Assembly (NCBI GenBank): GCA_044868145.1 | Contig: JBIOWE010000004.1 | Location: forward strand, 9,395-73,394 | Source of the DNA: Patescibacteria group bacterium | GTDB taxonomy: Bacteria > Patescibacteriota > Patescibacteriia > UBA10025 > JBIOWE01 | DNA: 64,000 nt | Direction: 5' to 3' | Shown here: one piece after another, positions 10,201 through 19,501 of the stretch | Layout of the letters: each line of letters begins with the position of its first letter | How positions within the stretch are numbered: position 1 is the stretch's first letter | Notes under the pieces: model-generated | Database searches by the model: none | Seen by the model: the letters and a program-made list of their open reading frames with translations, nothing else | What the model was told of the DNA's origin: nothing | Program-made: the position numbers and the translations under genes

Positions 10201-13200
10201 ATCGCCTGGCGTAATCCCAGGGTTCGTGTTGAACCGCCAGTTCTGTAGCAACTGGTTATAGATGCCGAGCGTTTCGCCAGACGCATCCTCATTATACGAA
10301 ATAAGATAGATATTATTATAAATACTTCCGCCAAAGATGTTCGACGCGGAAACGTACACTGTTCGCCCAGAGCGCACTGCCGGGTAGCCGTCTACCGTCA
10401 AGCTCGCAGGTGCGGGTGCAGCGGAGCCAAACTGTTTGTAATACCATTGTTCCGCGGACAGGTTGTCTTCATTTTCAAGAACACGGATCCCAATGGCGTC
10501 TGAGGAATCCGCCCGCAAGAAGAAAAACTCACGAATCAGTTCGTCGCGACCGTTTGCCGAATACGCGCCATTCTTCGCCAGCAGTGGCAGGGTCACTTCC
10601 GGAAGCACAGGATTGCCGTCGCGACAGTAATGAGTTGAGAAGTTGGTTGTCGCATCGTTGTATGGAAACGCCTGACTTGCTGGCGGGTATGGATTCGGCC
10701 ATGGGTTTTCGCACAAACTCACATTAATATCGTGGTTCACGGTTTTCGTACCAAGCGAACCCGCGTCCGCGGTTACCTGAATGACGCCGCGCCCGTTGTT
10801 TGGATTCGCAGTTACGGAAATGCTGGGGAAGGTGCCTGGACCCTCTATCTTAAACACATCCGATGGATCCAGGTTCGTGTTATCGTCAACCCACGTATAC
10901 TGCGCGGTTACCGCATTATTGAAGTTATCGACTGCCGATGCGGTCCAGTCGTGTTGGTTGCCGGCAGTAAGAGGTATCGTGTCGCCGACGCATGAGTCCG
11001 TAGCACAATTGTAGAAATCCGGCGGTTGGTACTGTCCTTGTGCAGCATTGACGACGTTCACAACGATTTTATCGAGCGAACAAAGGTTCGTGCCGCTCGT
11101 AAAGGAATACACACGGTCGATTCTGCTTGTATCAATCGCGCTGGTGGACGCGTCCCAAAGATAGACGCCATCTTTGTTGCGAATCCCCTGCTCACGCGTG
11201 TATTGGTTGCCGGCTGAACCACGCGCTCCTCCGCGTACGAGGACATTATATGGCGTGTTTGGAGCCAATGAGGATTTGGGGTTGATGACAAAACCGTCTG
11301 GCAAGGTCGCATAATTCGAGTCAACGGGTGCGCCACTATTTATTTTTAAGTCATAGATGCGTACATTCGAATCTCGTTGAGCGTCAACGAACCAGTCGTT
11401 ATCCCATTCGAGTCCGATCGTATTGGATACGCCACCTGTCAAAGTAACTTTCACAATACCAAGCTGCTGCGAGCTGGCATCCGTGCCAAGGTTCCAAATA
11501 TCCCCCACTTGCGTCTCCGCGCCTGGCCCTGGGCCATCGCTGTCGACCCATACTTTAAGATGATGATACACGCCGTATTTCGCAACGTCATTTGCACCTG
11601 CTTGCGACGTGCGGACGACGAGCGTGTAATCGCTGGCACCCGCGCCCACTGGCGAATAGCGATAGTTGACGCGTCCATTTGACGTTGTTTGAATCGCGGT
11701 TCCATTCGCAGTCCACGTGCCTGATACCGGCGTACCAATATTCCCGTTAATCGTTACGCCGGAACCGGCAGGATAGAGAATAGCGCTGTCCGCACCGACG
11801 CTTGATCCATCTATGGGTTCGTTAAGCCGAACGGTAATGGGCGTGTTCAAACAAGCATTCGAACTAATGGAGGTGAGAGACGGTCGCTGCTCGCAACAGA
11901 AATTATTGCCGGTGAAAAACGTACCCACGGTTGTTGGCGGGTCCGCGCATAATTGCTCACTGACATTCGCTTTGTCGCCACAGTACAAACCACGCACTCC
12001 TGGCGTGCCACCGGAACACACGCCAACGTCCGTAACACAGGTAAGGCCTTGGCCACTTTGCTGTCCACGTTCGCAGCAGAACCGACAGTCATTCCCAAAA
12101 GTGAAGCCTGGACTTTCGGGGGGCGGCGGAATCTTCGCCAGCGTATCGCCGGTATTACTGATACAGGACATGTCTGGCGGCGGGTTCGACGGGCCCACGT
12201 TGCAGTTCGGATTATCGGAAATTTGGCAAAGCGCGCCAACACCACCAGAACTACACAAGCCCGAGGCAACGCACTGGTTATTCTTGCAGCAGCCGGTGGC
12301 GCATTGCCCATTGTCTGAACAAGAAATGTTGAAGTCAAGCGAATTCGAAGGACAATTATTGACATACACCCGGAAAGGACCGGCTTGCGTTCCAACGGGC
12401 ACTTGTACTTTCGAAATCTGACTTAAGCCCCAGCTTCCCCCGCGAGCGATGACGTTATTATAGCTATCGTCACTGTTCGTCGAAAAGCGCGCAAAGGTGT
12501 TTGTCGTGTTCCCTCCATTGAGTAAATTAATACCCTCAGTAACGTTAACTAATGCAAGCGGTCGGCTAGCTGACGGCTGCAATCCTCCAGGGCACAAACC
12601 CGGCATTCCCGACGCGGGAACCGACACGCCAGGGATGCAGTCGCTGGTACCGCTAAAGGAAGTCGAATCACTGAAGAGCATGCTGTTCGTCCTTACCGTT
12701 ACTGCGTAGGCCTGGCCTGCGACAATGGTATTGGGCGCAGTCACCACGATTTGGCGATCGCTCCATGGATTCACACATGAGAATTGACCAGGGATTCCAC
12801 CAAATATCACCGTACCGTTCGGGCCCTGCGCCGGCTCAAAGTAGCAGCCTTTCACGGTCACGGTTGCTCCTTTTGGCCCGCTTATCGGATCAATGGAGTT
12901 AATCACCGGCTCGCATTTATCAAGCGTGATATTGCACACGCTGTTCGGACACTTGTTGCTTCCGTTCCCGTCCGGATCAGCGCAACGGCTCGGGTTAAAC
13001 GCACACGCGTCCGGATCAACTTTCAGGAACCCCCGAGCTTTCTTACCTTCCGCTTCGCCGTTGATATAGGTCGTACCCTGACTTACCGCCGTTGCAGTCG
13101 CTTTGGAATCATCCACTGCGTCTTCCGTCACCGTCGCGACCGCGGGCACGTCTGAACTCCAATTCCAATCGTAATCATTCGAAAGAATGGTGCAGTTTGG

Positions 13201-16104
13201 GCCAATCGGATTCCCTTGATACGCCTGGGTTACGCCAATGGCCACGAGCGTCGCGTTCGCGGGCATCACCACGACGCGATCAAGCGGACAGTCTGCGGTA
13301 TCGTTCTTTGTTTTAAAGTGCCAGCGATAATCAGCGTTCAGTCGTACTCCAGTTTCGCTCTTCACGTTGCTCGTGATGGTTACTTGATACGAGGTACTGG
13401 CCTGCAAATTGGACGTCGGCACAAACCTGAATCCCTCTTGGGTCGGGTTAACGGTGAAAACCGAAAGCACGCCAGCAACGTGGGTGGGATTGCTGATCGT
13501 GGAACAGCTATCGTCGTCGCATTGTTGCATGAACACGTTCGCATCAATAATTGTCGTATCGTTGATGCGCGTCGTGAACCTGCTTTGGATTTCAATATTC
13601 AAACACGCGTTTGTGCTGTCCTTGAATGGATTCGGACTGGCGTATGTGGCAAAGTCGCACGAGCCGCCAGGGCAATCGCTTTGCTGCGAGCAAGCGTTAC
13701 CGTTGTTTGCGCCGCCGAGACAAATGGCCGCGCAGTAAGAATCTTCCACAACCGACGGCACGCCGCCGCATGGAACGTCGAAGAACAAGGGGTTGCTCAC
13801 GCCGACGGAATTTTTCACGGCGACCTGATAATCGTTTGCGTTAGCAAGATCCGGAACCCTGATATTCACTTGCGTTGGTGTCCAGCCGGTAATTGCGGCA
13901 GTACGAGCGGGATTTGGCGGCAGCGTGAAGTACACAGAATCCTGCGTTGTCCCAAAATTCTCGCCAATCAGAGAGCGCGCATCGCCTCCTGCGCCGCACA
14001 TATTCGGTGTGATCTGACAAAGGCCGGGGCCGGCAGGCGCATTCACAAACTGAAAGTCAACGAGGTTGCTCCGCTCGCCGTTTGAACGTTCCAGTTGAAT
14101 CGCAACAAGGGAATTCAGAGCTACGCCAATCGTCGTCAGATCGGGCACACGGACAATCACTTGGCCATTGCTCCAACTCGCGCCAGCGCATGGGAACTCC
14201 GCGGCTAATGATTGCCCGGTGGTTTTATTACGGAAAAACACCGCGCCTTGAACGGTGCCGAATTGACCATTCGGATCGCTTCTCGCGCGTACGGTCACAA
14301 ACTGCCCAATACCGCCCTGGGGTTGACTGTTCAAACCAAGCGCTTGGCTGATTTGCGGGCTTGTAACATTAAAATCTTTGGTATTACTTTTATCCAGAGG
14401 GTTCGGCCCAATTTGGACCCGGACACCTCCATCTTTTGCTCCGGCAGACGGCAGCGTGTCATCAAACTTAACGGGGCCGGCCGGCACTTTCATGCGTATT
14501 TGATTCGTTGTCCAGCTCGACACGCAGTTCAAGGTGGGATACCGCTGGGCATTAAAGCAATTATTTCGGTCAATAACTTCGGCATTGAAATATGTATTGC
14601 CCGTGATGCCGAAATTGCTCCCATCAATCGTCACAATATCGTCGTATTTGCCGAGCGGCGTAATATTGGTAATTTCGGGTTTGCATTCAACGTTCGTGGT
14701 GTCCGTATCCGTGAAAAAATTCCACGGCTCTGCGGGGAACGTCGGGTTGCTCGCGCCAATAAAGTCGTCGGTCGGCGTTCCTTCACTGGTCGTGTCTTCG
14801 TCACCGTCGAGTTCATTGCCGCAAACATCCATAATGCCGGACGCACCGCTCTTCAGCGTGACGTTATATTCCGTGCCAGCGTCTAATGTGCTCGCCGGTC
14901 GCGTGGAAAATGAATATGGATCAGGATAATCAATGCCACCGAGTGTTACGCCTAACCCGGCTTTCGTGAGCAGGACGGAGGTATCGTTGATTGTGGAAAC
15001 GTCCATGGCGCTCGAGAATATCGATTGAATCGGCGTCATCAAACAGAGATTCGCGCTTCCGTCAACAGGACTAATGCTCGTGACTGTTGGTGGCGTGGAC
15101 AGAGTTGTTGAACCGGTATCGAAATGCCAAAGTTCATATTTGGTTGGACGCGGGCTTGCTCCGGCCTCTCGCACTCCTGTGGTAATTTCAACTTCAAAAT
15201 TTGTTCCTTCAAGAAAATTTGTGGCTGGTTTGAATTTCAAAATTTGCGGCGTTGCAACAGGTACCTGCCATGTGCCGGCGAGCTCGCTTCCCTGACACGT
15301 ACCGGCGTTACACGAAGCGGACGCGCAGTTCTTATCCTCGGTGCATGCAACGCCGTTGGCGCTTCCGCCGGTGACGCGGGCGTGCACATTACCAGGAACA
15401 GTGGCAGGGTTGATTGAGCCGTTGAATTTCGCTTGAATAATGCTGCAAAGAGGCACGTCTGTCTGGGCATCGGCCGGCCATTTCCAGGTGACGCGGAATG
15501 TGTCAGTACCCGGGATTGAACAGCCGGGCAGGCTTCCGTCGGGCGTCCAAAATCCGCCTGAACATCGTTGGCAATCAAAGGTTATGCCGTCAGGAGAGCA
15601 CGCCGAACCTCCTTGGGTGGCATTATTAATTGCTTGCATCACAAAAAGCACAATCGCCCAGGCAAGCAAAATAATCGCAAGCCCAATAACGGCTTGCGTA
15701 ATAATGCGTTTCGCTTTGCGAACGCGTTCCTCGTTACCGCCGGCGGTCAACCAAATGAACCCGCCATAGCCAATGATAATGAGCGCGATGAGCCCGAGAA
15801 GTCCGAGCACGTATTGAACGATCTTGATAACCGTAGAATAGAGGTCTGCCGTGCCAAGGCCAAACGTCGTGCCAAGATTGGTCGCAAGATTCACTTGCGC
15901 CAACACCGACGACGGAAACAATCCAATGGCACCAAGCACAAGAAAACTCACGACCAAGCCGGCGATGATGCCCAGCGCGAACGCTGGCGCAGCCTTTCGT
16001 CCAAAAACAAATCGCCGTCGCGGCTGAACGGCTCGACGATTCTCCTGATCATGAGATTGTGACGAAGCGACTGGTAACAATCGCTTGGGATCTCCTGCTG
16101 GCAT
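7204..16104 (-). CDS. Giant (2966 aa) surface protein: TrbC/VirB2-like pilin N-terminus, Cys-rich modules, Ig-like/IPT-TIG domains, a T4P/GspG-like helix and about 8 C-terminal bacterial Ig repeats
   Basis: VLGLLGLIALIIIGYGGFIWLTAGGNEERVRKAKRIITQAVIGLAIILLAW (VirB2-like); many Cys pairs; W(S/T)xxQI TIG motifs; repeated D.xPP..I..P.DG..V.G..V..V.F..DG..W.W.T...NG.H.L.A.AYD. Confidence 0.85.
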   Translation of the reverse strand: MPAGDPKRLLPVASSQSHDQENRRAVQPRRRFVFGRKAAPAFALGIIAGLVVSFLVLGAIGLFPSSVLAQVNLATNLGTTFGLGTADLYSTVIKIVQYVLGLLGLIALIIIGYGGFIWLTAGGNEERVRKAKRIITQAVIGLAIILLAWAIVLFVMQAINNATQGGSACSPDGITFDCQRCSGGFWTPDGSLPGCSIPGTDTFRVTWKWPADAQTDVPLCSIIQAKFNGSINPATVPGNVHARVTGGSANGVACTEDKNCASASCNAGTCQGSELAGTWQVPVATPQILKFKPATNFLEGTNFEVEITTGVREAGASPRPTKYELWHFDTGSTTLSTPPTVTSISPVDGSANLCLMTPIQSIFSSAMDVSTINDTSVLLTKAGLGVTLGGIDYPDPYSFSTRPASTLDAGTEYNVTLKSGASGIMDVCGNELDGDEDTTSEGTPTDDFIGASNPTFPAEPWNFFTDTDTTNVECKPEITNITPLGKYDDIVTIDGSNFGITGNTYFNAEVIDRNNCFNAQRYPTLNCVSSWTTNQIRMKVPAGPVKFDDTLPSAGAKDGGVRVQIGPNPLDKSNTKDFNVTSPQISQALGLNSQPQGGIGQFVTVRARSDPNGQFGTVQGAVFFRNKTTGQSLAAEFPCAGASWSNGQVIVRVPDLTTIGVALNSLVAIQLERSNGERSNLVDFQFVNAPAGPGLCQITPNMCGAGGDARSLIGENFGTTQDSVYFTLPPNPARTAAITGWTPTQVNIRVPDLANANDYQVAVKNSVGVSNPLFFDVPCGGVPSVVEDSYCAAICLGGANNGNACSQQSDCPGGSCDFATYASPNPFKDSTNACLNIEIQSRFTTRINDTTIIDANVFMQQCDDDSCSTISNPTHVAGVLSVFTVNPTQEGFRFVPTSNLQASTSYQVTITSNVKSETGVRLNADYRWHFKTKNDTADCPLDRVVVMPANATLVAIGVTQAYQGNPIGPNCTILSNDYDWNWSSDVPAVATVTEDAVDDSKATATAVSQGTTYINGEAEGKKARGFLKVDPDACAFNPSRCADPDGNGSNKCPNSVCNITLDKCEPVINSIDPISGPKGATVTVKGCYFEPAQGPNGTVIFGGIPGQFSCVNPWSDRQIVVTAPNTIVAGQAYAVTVRTNSMLFSDSTSFSGTSDCIPGVSVPASGMPGLCPGGLQPSASRPLALVNVTEGINLLNGGNTTNTFARFSTNSDDSYNNVIARGGSWGLSQISKVQVPVGTQAGPFRVYVNNCPSNSLDFNISCSDNGQCATGCCKNNQCVASGLCSSGGVGALCQISDNPNCNVGPSNPPPDMSCISNTGDTLAKIPPPPESPGFTFGNDCRFCCERGQQSGQGLTCVTDVGVCSGGTPGVRGLYCGDKANVSEQLCADPPTTVGTFFTGNNFCCEQRPSLTSISSNACLNTPITVRLNEPIDGSSVGADSAILYPAGSGVTINGNIGTPVSGTWTANGTAIQTTSNGRVNYRYSPVGAGASDYTLVVRTSQAGANDVAKYGVYHHLKVWVDSDGPGPGAETQVGDIWNLGTDASSQQLGIVKVTLTGGVSNTIGLEWDNDWFVDAQRDSNVRIYDLKINSGAPVDSNYATLPDGFVINPKSSLAPNTPYNVLVRGGARGSAGNQYTREQGIRNKDGVYLWDASTSAIDTSRIDRVYSFTSGTNLCSLDKIVVNVVNAAQGQYQPPDFYNCATDSCVGDTIPLTAGNQHDWTASAVDNFNNAVTAQYTWVDDNTNLDPSDVFKIEGPGTFPSISVTANPNNGRGVIQVTADAGSLGTKTVNHDINVSLCENPWPNPYPPASQAFPYNDATTNFSTHYCRDGNPVLPEVTLPLLAKNGAYSANGRDELIREFFFLRADSSDAIGIRVLENEDNLSAEQWYYKQFGSAAPAPASLTVDGYPAVRSGRTVYVSASNIFGGSIYNNIYLISYNEDASGETLGIYNQLLQNWRFNTNPGITPGDQLAIRRDAKRVQDLYDLYLALLVHKSKNGAFPTLGGGTYIAGLSTSRWPSWQETLGKTLGRSMASDPLNAFSSCPADFDQKACWREGDKNFQCSAGSHLYLYEARNNGDDANLYANLEYGGAQWRVGSYGSYNPCTSPSSCGCFNYTVGVVGSAADRSGPIISSVTFSGSSGTITVTASVTDAPSGVARVEFYLDGIRQSTDTDGSNGWTWQWNSRQFADGSHEVKILAYDTVGNQSVRIQSKNINNTNPDNSPPSVFITFPSDNEVVSGNVVKFEAYATDRNKVIILELQIDGVQFINCTNVNGVTNCSGNWNTTTFTNGVHELKAIAYDDYANIGQKIIHVTVSNPDVVPPSISIASPTNGANLTGNTTVTANAADNEAVVKVDFLLDGVIKNTDLNGADGWSWLFNTALVANGNHVLTARAYDTVNQTTSNPVNVTTQNAINDTTPPSNVQFIPPPRDGDTVSGTQTIGVTATDNNAVVSVKFLLGFQVEYEDNNAAGGWSWAWQTTSYANGWKTLRARAYDAAGNFTEISESLRVENIKDLIVPQAFIDAPADGATVYGSVAINTHATDDLGLSRMDITIVDINSINAAIVASFSCPPTPPFGPGTRFANCNVTWDTSGIPDGSYRITLSATDGGGNVGSDYVDVSVVNNLAVTFVTPTNGATLVGSVQLEVSVANTTNPTTVTFRDFITPIGSDAQTPPTTFKMTWNTLTTGNGNHSLVATARDNAGRTGGTLINVTVNNPVDSPPNITSFSINGGAQYTNSQNVTLNISATDDNGLVDMRFSNDGTTWSAWIAYAATASWTLPAGDGTKTVYAQVRDNASPQHISATATDTITLDTVAPAVDFTAVWYNAIALNGGIVGGGTNATWPSTSDSDVTIQATASDSGSGVSVVEFRQDGSLVWTISFGAPPYEYFWPTDFYGDGTYINQVRAYDRAGNFANSPNVQLTLRHCAFHYSPPYSSSTGCNLSTEYCCRTEGTNVCKANSVTCFIPPPT

Positions 16105-16135
16105 GGGTCAGGGTACGATCACGAAATAAACAAAT

Positions 16136-16588
16136 TTATGATGGCGGACTCGACAGAGCACGACGCACTACATCGCTTACCGTTCCGCCGTCGGCTTTGC
16201 CCTGGAGCTTTTTCATAACGCCTCCCATCACCTGTCCAAATGCGGCGCCTGCGCCAAGCTCCTCAATCACTTGCCTGGTCGCCTTCTCAATCTCTTGCAG
16301 AGGTATTTGAGCGGGCAAGTAGCGTAAAAGGATTGCATGCTCCCCTTGTTCTTTATCGGCAAGGTCTTGTCTACCACCTTTGACGTACGCATCAATGGCG
16401 TCCTTACGCCGCTTCACTTCCCGCCGAATTACTTTCACCGTTTCGTCATCGCTCAGCGCCTTTTTGCGCAAAGCGATTTCTTCATTATGCAAAGCGCTCT
16501 TCAACATGCGCAGCGTGGAAACAACGACGGCATCCTTCGCCTTGAGCGCGACTTTCAAATCAGTATCTATGGATGCAAGGATTGGCAT
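16136..16588 (-). CDS. GatB/YqeY domain protein
   Basis: DLKVALKAKD..LRMLKSAL..YVKGGRQDLADKE..YLP..GQVMG..GKADG. Confidence 0.93.
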   Translation of the reverse strand: MPILASIDTDLKVALKAKDAVVVSTLRMLKSALHNEEIALRKKALSDDETVKVIRREVKRRKDAIDAYVKGGRQDLADKEQGEHAILLRYLPAQIPLQEIEKATRQVIEELGAGAAFGQVMGGVMKKLQGKADGGTVSDVVRRALSSPPS

Positions 16589-16594
16589 GGGCGC

Positions 16595-16888
16595 TTATCG
16601 GACTTGCTGGCGCGCCTTTAACAAACGCTTAACAACGCCTCGAGAACGCCTGCCCTTTTTTTGTTCGAGCACTTCCTCGAGTTTTCCAACTTTTTTCAAG
16701 TAGTCCTTGGTATCTTGAATGAGCTTTCGCCGTTTCGCGCCCTCGCGCACTTCACGCTTGCTCTTTGGTGGTTGGTAAAAACGCCCTCGTTTCGCTCGAA
16801 TCAACACCCCGCTGGTATGCACCTTCCTGGTAAAACGCCGAAGCATGCTCTCAACTGACTCGCCATCTTTTCTTCTCACTTCAACCAT
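16595..16888 (-). CDS. rpsU: 30S ribosomal protein bS21 with C-terminal extension
   Basis: VEVRRKDGESVESMLRRF.RKV..SGVL..AK..RFY; in the conserved rpsU-yqeY order. Confidence 0.85.
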   Translation of the reverse strand: MVEVRRKDGESVESMLRRFTRKVHTSGVLIRAKRGRFYQPPKSKREVREGAKRRKLIQDTKDYLKKVGKLEEVLEQKKGRRSRGVVKRLLKARQQVR

Positions 16889-17041
16889 AAAGACTCACCT
16901 TCTTAAAAAATAATAGTACCGAAAAAAAATAACAGTCCTTACAAGAAAAATTCAACTAATAATATACCATTCCGACGTGGGTGTGTCAAATCGAGAAACA
17001 ACGAAAAAAATCGCCAGGAAACATTTGCATGGGTGAAAAGA

Positions 17042-17380
17042 TTAGAGAAGCTTGCGGAGCTTTTGACCGCCTAAGAGGTGAGCGTGCAGGTGTTGCACGA
17101 CTTGTCCGCCGTCTCGGCCTATGTTGATAACAATCTTATAACCAGAGCGCGCAATACCGCGATCGACCGCAAGCTGTTTCGCCACCAGCAGCAAGTGTCC
17201 CAAAAGCACTTCATCTTCTAAATGCGTATCGGTGAGTGCCGGAATATGCTTCTTAGGAATGATGAGGATATGGACGGGCGCCTTCGGCGCTATGTCATGA
17301 AACGCAATCACGTGGTGATCTTCATAGAGCAGGTCCGCCCTTGCGGTCTTGCGCACAATGTTACAAAAAATGCACGTCAT
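17042..17380 (-). CDS. HIT family (HinT-like) nucleotide-binding protein
   Basis: CIFC..AFHDIAPKAPVHILIIPKKH..GGQVVQHLHAHLLGG. Confidence 0.95.
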   Translation of the reverse strand: MTCIFCNIVRKTARADLLYEDHHVIAFHDIAPKAPVHILIIPKKHIPALTDTHLEDEVLLGHLLLVAKQLAVDRGIARSGYKIVINIGRDGGQVVQHLHAHLLGGQKLRKLL

Positions 17381-17433
17381 TTATTTAAAACCAAAGAGTA
17401 AAAATTAAAAAAATGTGGAAGCATTGGTTGTGG

Positions 17434-18813
17434 TCATTTTTGATCTTTGATATTTGCCGCGCCCGCCATCGGCTTCGCCGAAGGCGAAGGCGGGCGGGAT
17501 ATTTGATTTTCTCTATGGTTGTTCCCGTTGCGTTTCGCCAGACGCTTTTGAATCTCTTGCGCCACTTTTTGAAAATCAAAAATCTCTTGAATGCCGTTTT
17601 CCATATCACGAATAATGATTGTGTCGTCCATCATTTCTTTTTGACCGATGATCAACGTGTACGGTGCGCCAAGTTTTGTCGCGCGAGCCATTTGTGGCAC
17701 AAGTCCGTCTTTCGAAAGCAGTTCAGCCGCGCGAATGTGCATGCGACGCAACTGGTCCAGTAATTTCAAGGCTCGTTTCCGTGCGTTCTCGCCAAGTTGC
17801 GCAATAAAAACGTCAGGGGCGGCGTGGCGAGCGTGGCTCAAACGGTGGCCTGCGGCCTGCTGCACGAAACGCTCCATACTGCCGACGAACGCCGCAACGG
17901 GCATCGCCGTGAAGCCGAGCACTTCCGCAAGTTGATCATACCGCCCGCCCGAGCCAAGTTCAACATTATGGTCTTGTTCGAGGTGTATGCGAAACGCAGT
18001 GCGAGTCGTTGTAGCGGTTACCGGCAAGAAGCGAGGGTTCAAAAAGTATGGCACGTCTACGCTGTCAAGATACTCAAGCACTGAAACAAAGTGCTGATTA
18101 CATTCCTGGCATAAATGATCGACGATTTGCGGCGAGTCAACGAGCAGCATCTGACAATCATGCTGATCGCACGTGAACAACTTAAACGGATTCTTCTGTA
18201 AATCGCGCTTGCAATTTTCGCACAACGCATTCTTGCGCGGTTTGTAATATTCGGCGATTGCCTTCACGTACCCATCGCGGCACTCTTTATGGCCGACGCT
18301 GTTGATTTCAAGGGTGATCGGAATCTCTGCATCCGCATACAAATGCGATGCGAGCTGGATGAGCAGCGCGTCATTCACCGGATGCGCATCGCCAATAACC
18401 GTATAAAAGAATTCGTGTTGCTGCTTTACAGGAACCTTTTCGTCTCCCGACTTGAGAAAAGAGCAAAAAGAATATAATCGAGACGGGAGAACCCCGTTTT
18501 GAAGCCCGCGCTCATAAAACGCTCGCAGCGCCGGCGCAAGTCCTTCCGTTCGAACCACGGCGCGTTTTCCGTTCGGAAGCACAAGGAAAGCCGGCGGGAC
18601 GGCATCGCCCTCTTCAGCGCGAGAAATGACGCGAAGCACTCCTTCTTCTTCCAAGAGAGGGGTGTCAATTCGTTCGTAGCCATATTGTTGCGCAAAGTTC
18701 TCGATGCTATAGCGGACTGCTTCCCACAGCCCCTCGTCAGTCTGCAAAATATCTTTCATGCCCAAGAACAACTGCGGAGGTTTCGATTTTGCCTTGTCTG
18801 CTCCCTTTTGCAT
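17434..18813 (-). CDS. Histidyl-tRNA synthetase paralog with degenerate catalytic motifs (HisS/HisZ-like)
   Basis: GMKDIL, YGYERIDTP, Cys-rich insertion, GGRYDQL and the anticodon-binding domain are present. Motif 2 (FRxERPQ) and the RGLDYY motif are absent. Confidence 0.8.
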   Translation of the reverse strand: MQKGADKAKSKPPQLFLGMKDILQTDEGLWEAVRYSIENFAQQYGYERIDTPLLEEEGVLRVISRAEEGDAVPPAFLVLPNGKRAVVRTEGLAPALRAFYERGLQNGVLPSRLYSFCSFLKSGDEKVPVKQQHEFFYTVIGDAHPVNDALLIQLASHLYADAEIPITLEINSVGHKECRDGYVKAIAEYYKPRKNALCENCKRDLQKNPFKLFTCDQHDCQMLLVDSPQIVDHLCQECNQHFVSVLEYLDSVDVPYFLNPRFLPVTATTTRTAFRIHLEQDHNVELGSGGRYDQLAEVLGFTAMPVAAFVGSMERFVQQAAGHRLSHARHAAPDVFIAQLGENARKRALKLLDQLRRMHIRAAELLSKDGLVPQMARATKLGAPYTLIIGQKEMMDDTIIIRDMENGIQEIFDFQKVAQEIQKRLAKRNGNNHRENQISRPPSPSAKPMAGAANIKDQK

Positions 18814-18819
18814 AAGGTA

Positions 18820-19446
18820 TTACGTACCGCTCAGCGAATAGGATGGTTCTGTAAAATGTTTGAACTTGATGAACGGCCAAATCCGGAGCCAGGCGCGGCC
18901 GACCAGATATTTCCTTTGAACAGTTCCAAACGAGCGGGAATCAAGACTCGCGGTTCGATTATCGCCCATGACAAAAAATTCGTCTGAACCGACCGTCGTC
19001 GTCGAGTCGCCGTACGTTTCAAGGTTGGAAACAAGATACGATTCAGTCAGCGTAAAACCGTTGAGATTATTCGCATCGTAGATAATCACTGATCCATCTT
19101 GAACCTCGACGCGCTCGCCTGGCAATCCAATGATTCGTTTAATAAAAAACTGTGACGGATCGCGCGGGTACCTCAATACCACGATATCACCACGACCGGG
19201 GTCACTGAATCGATATGTGATCTCATCAATCAATAAATATTCATGATCATGGAAGGTAGGTTCCATAGAAGCACCCTTAACGTAGAACGGTTGCACGAGA
19301 AAATACCGCACCGGCACAATAATTGCGAGCGCGATGAGAACAATTTTCCCCAGCTCAATGAGAAAACTGCCGAAGGAGCTCGTGTCTTTTGCTCTGTTGG
19401 TTGTTTTTGTTTCTTTGTTTCGTTCCGGAGAAATGAACGTTGCCAT
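18820..19446 (-). CDS. lepB: Signal peptidase I
   Basis: PFYVKGASMEPTF, FIKRIIGLPGE, GDNRTASLDSRSFG. Confidence 0.97.
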   Translation of the reverse strand: MATFISPERNKETKTTNRAKDTSSFGSFLIELGKIVLIALAIIVPVRYFLVQPFYVKGASMEPTFHDHEYLLIDEITYRFSDPGRGDIVVLRYPRDPSQFFIKRIIGLPGERVEVQDGSVIIYDANNLNGFTLTESYLVSNLETYGDSTTTVGSDEFFVMGDNRTASLDSRSFGTVQRKYLVGRAWLRIWPFIKFKHFTEPSYSLSGT

Positions 19447-19501
19447 AATGATATTGAGTATGACCGTGGATGAGGCGCCGCATGACTGGACTTTGCGGAA
19501 A

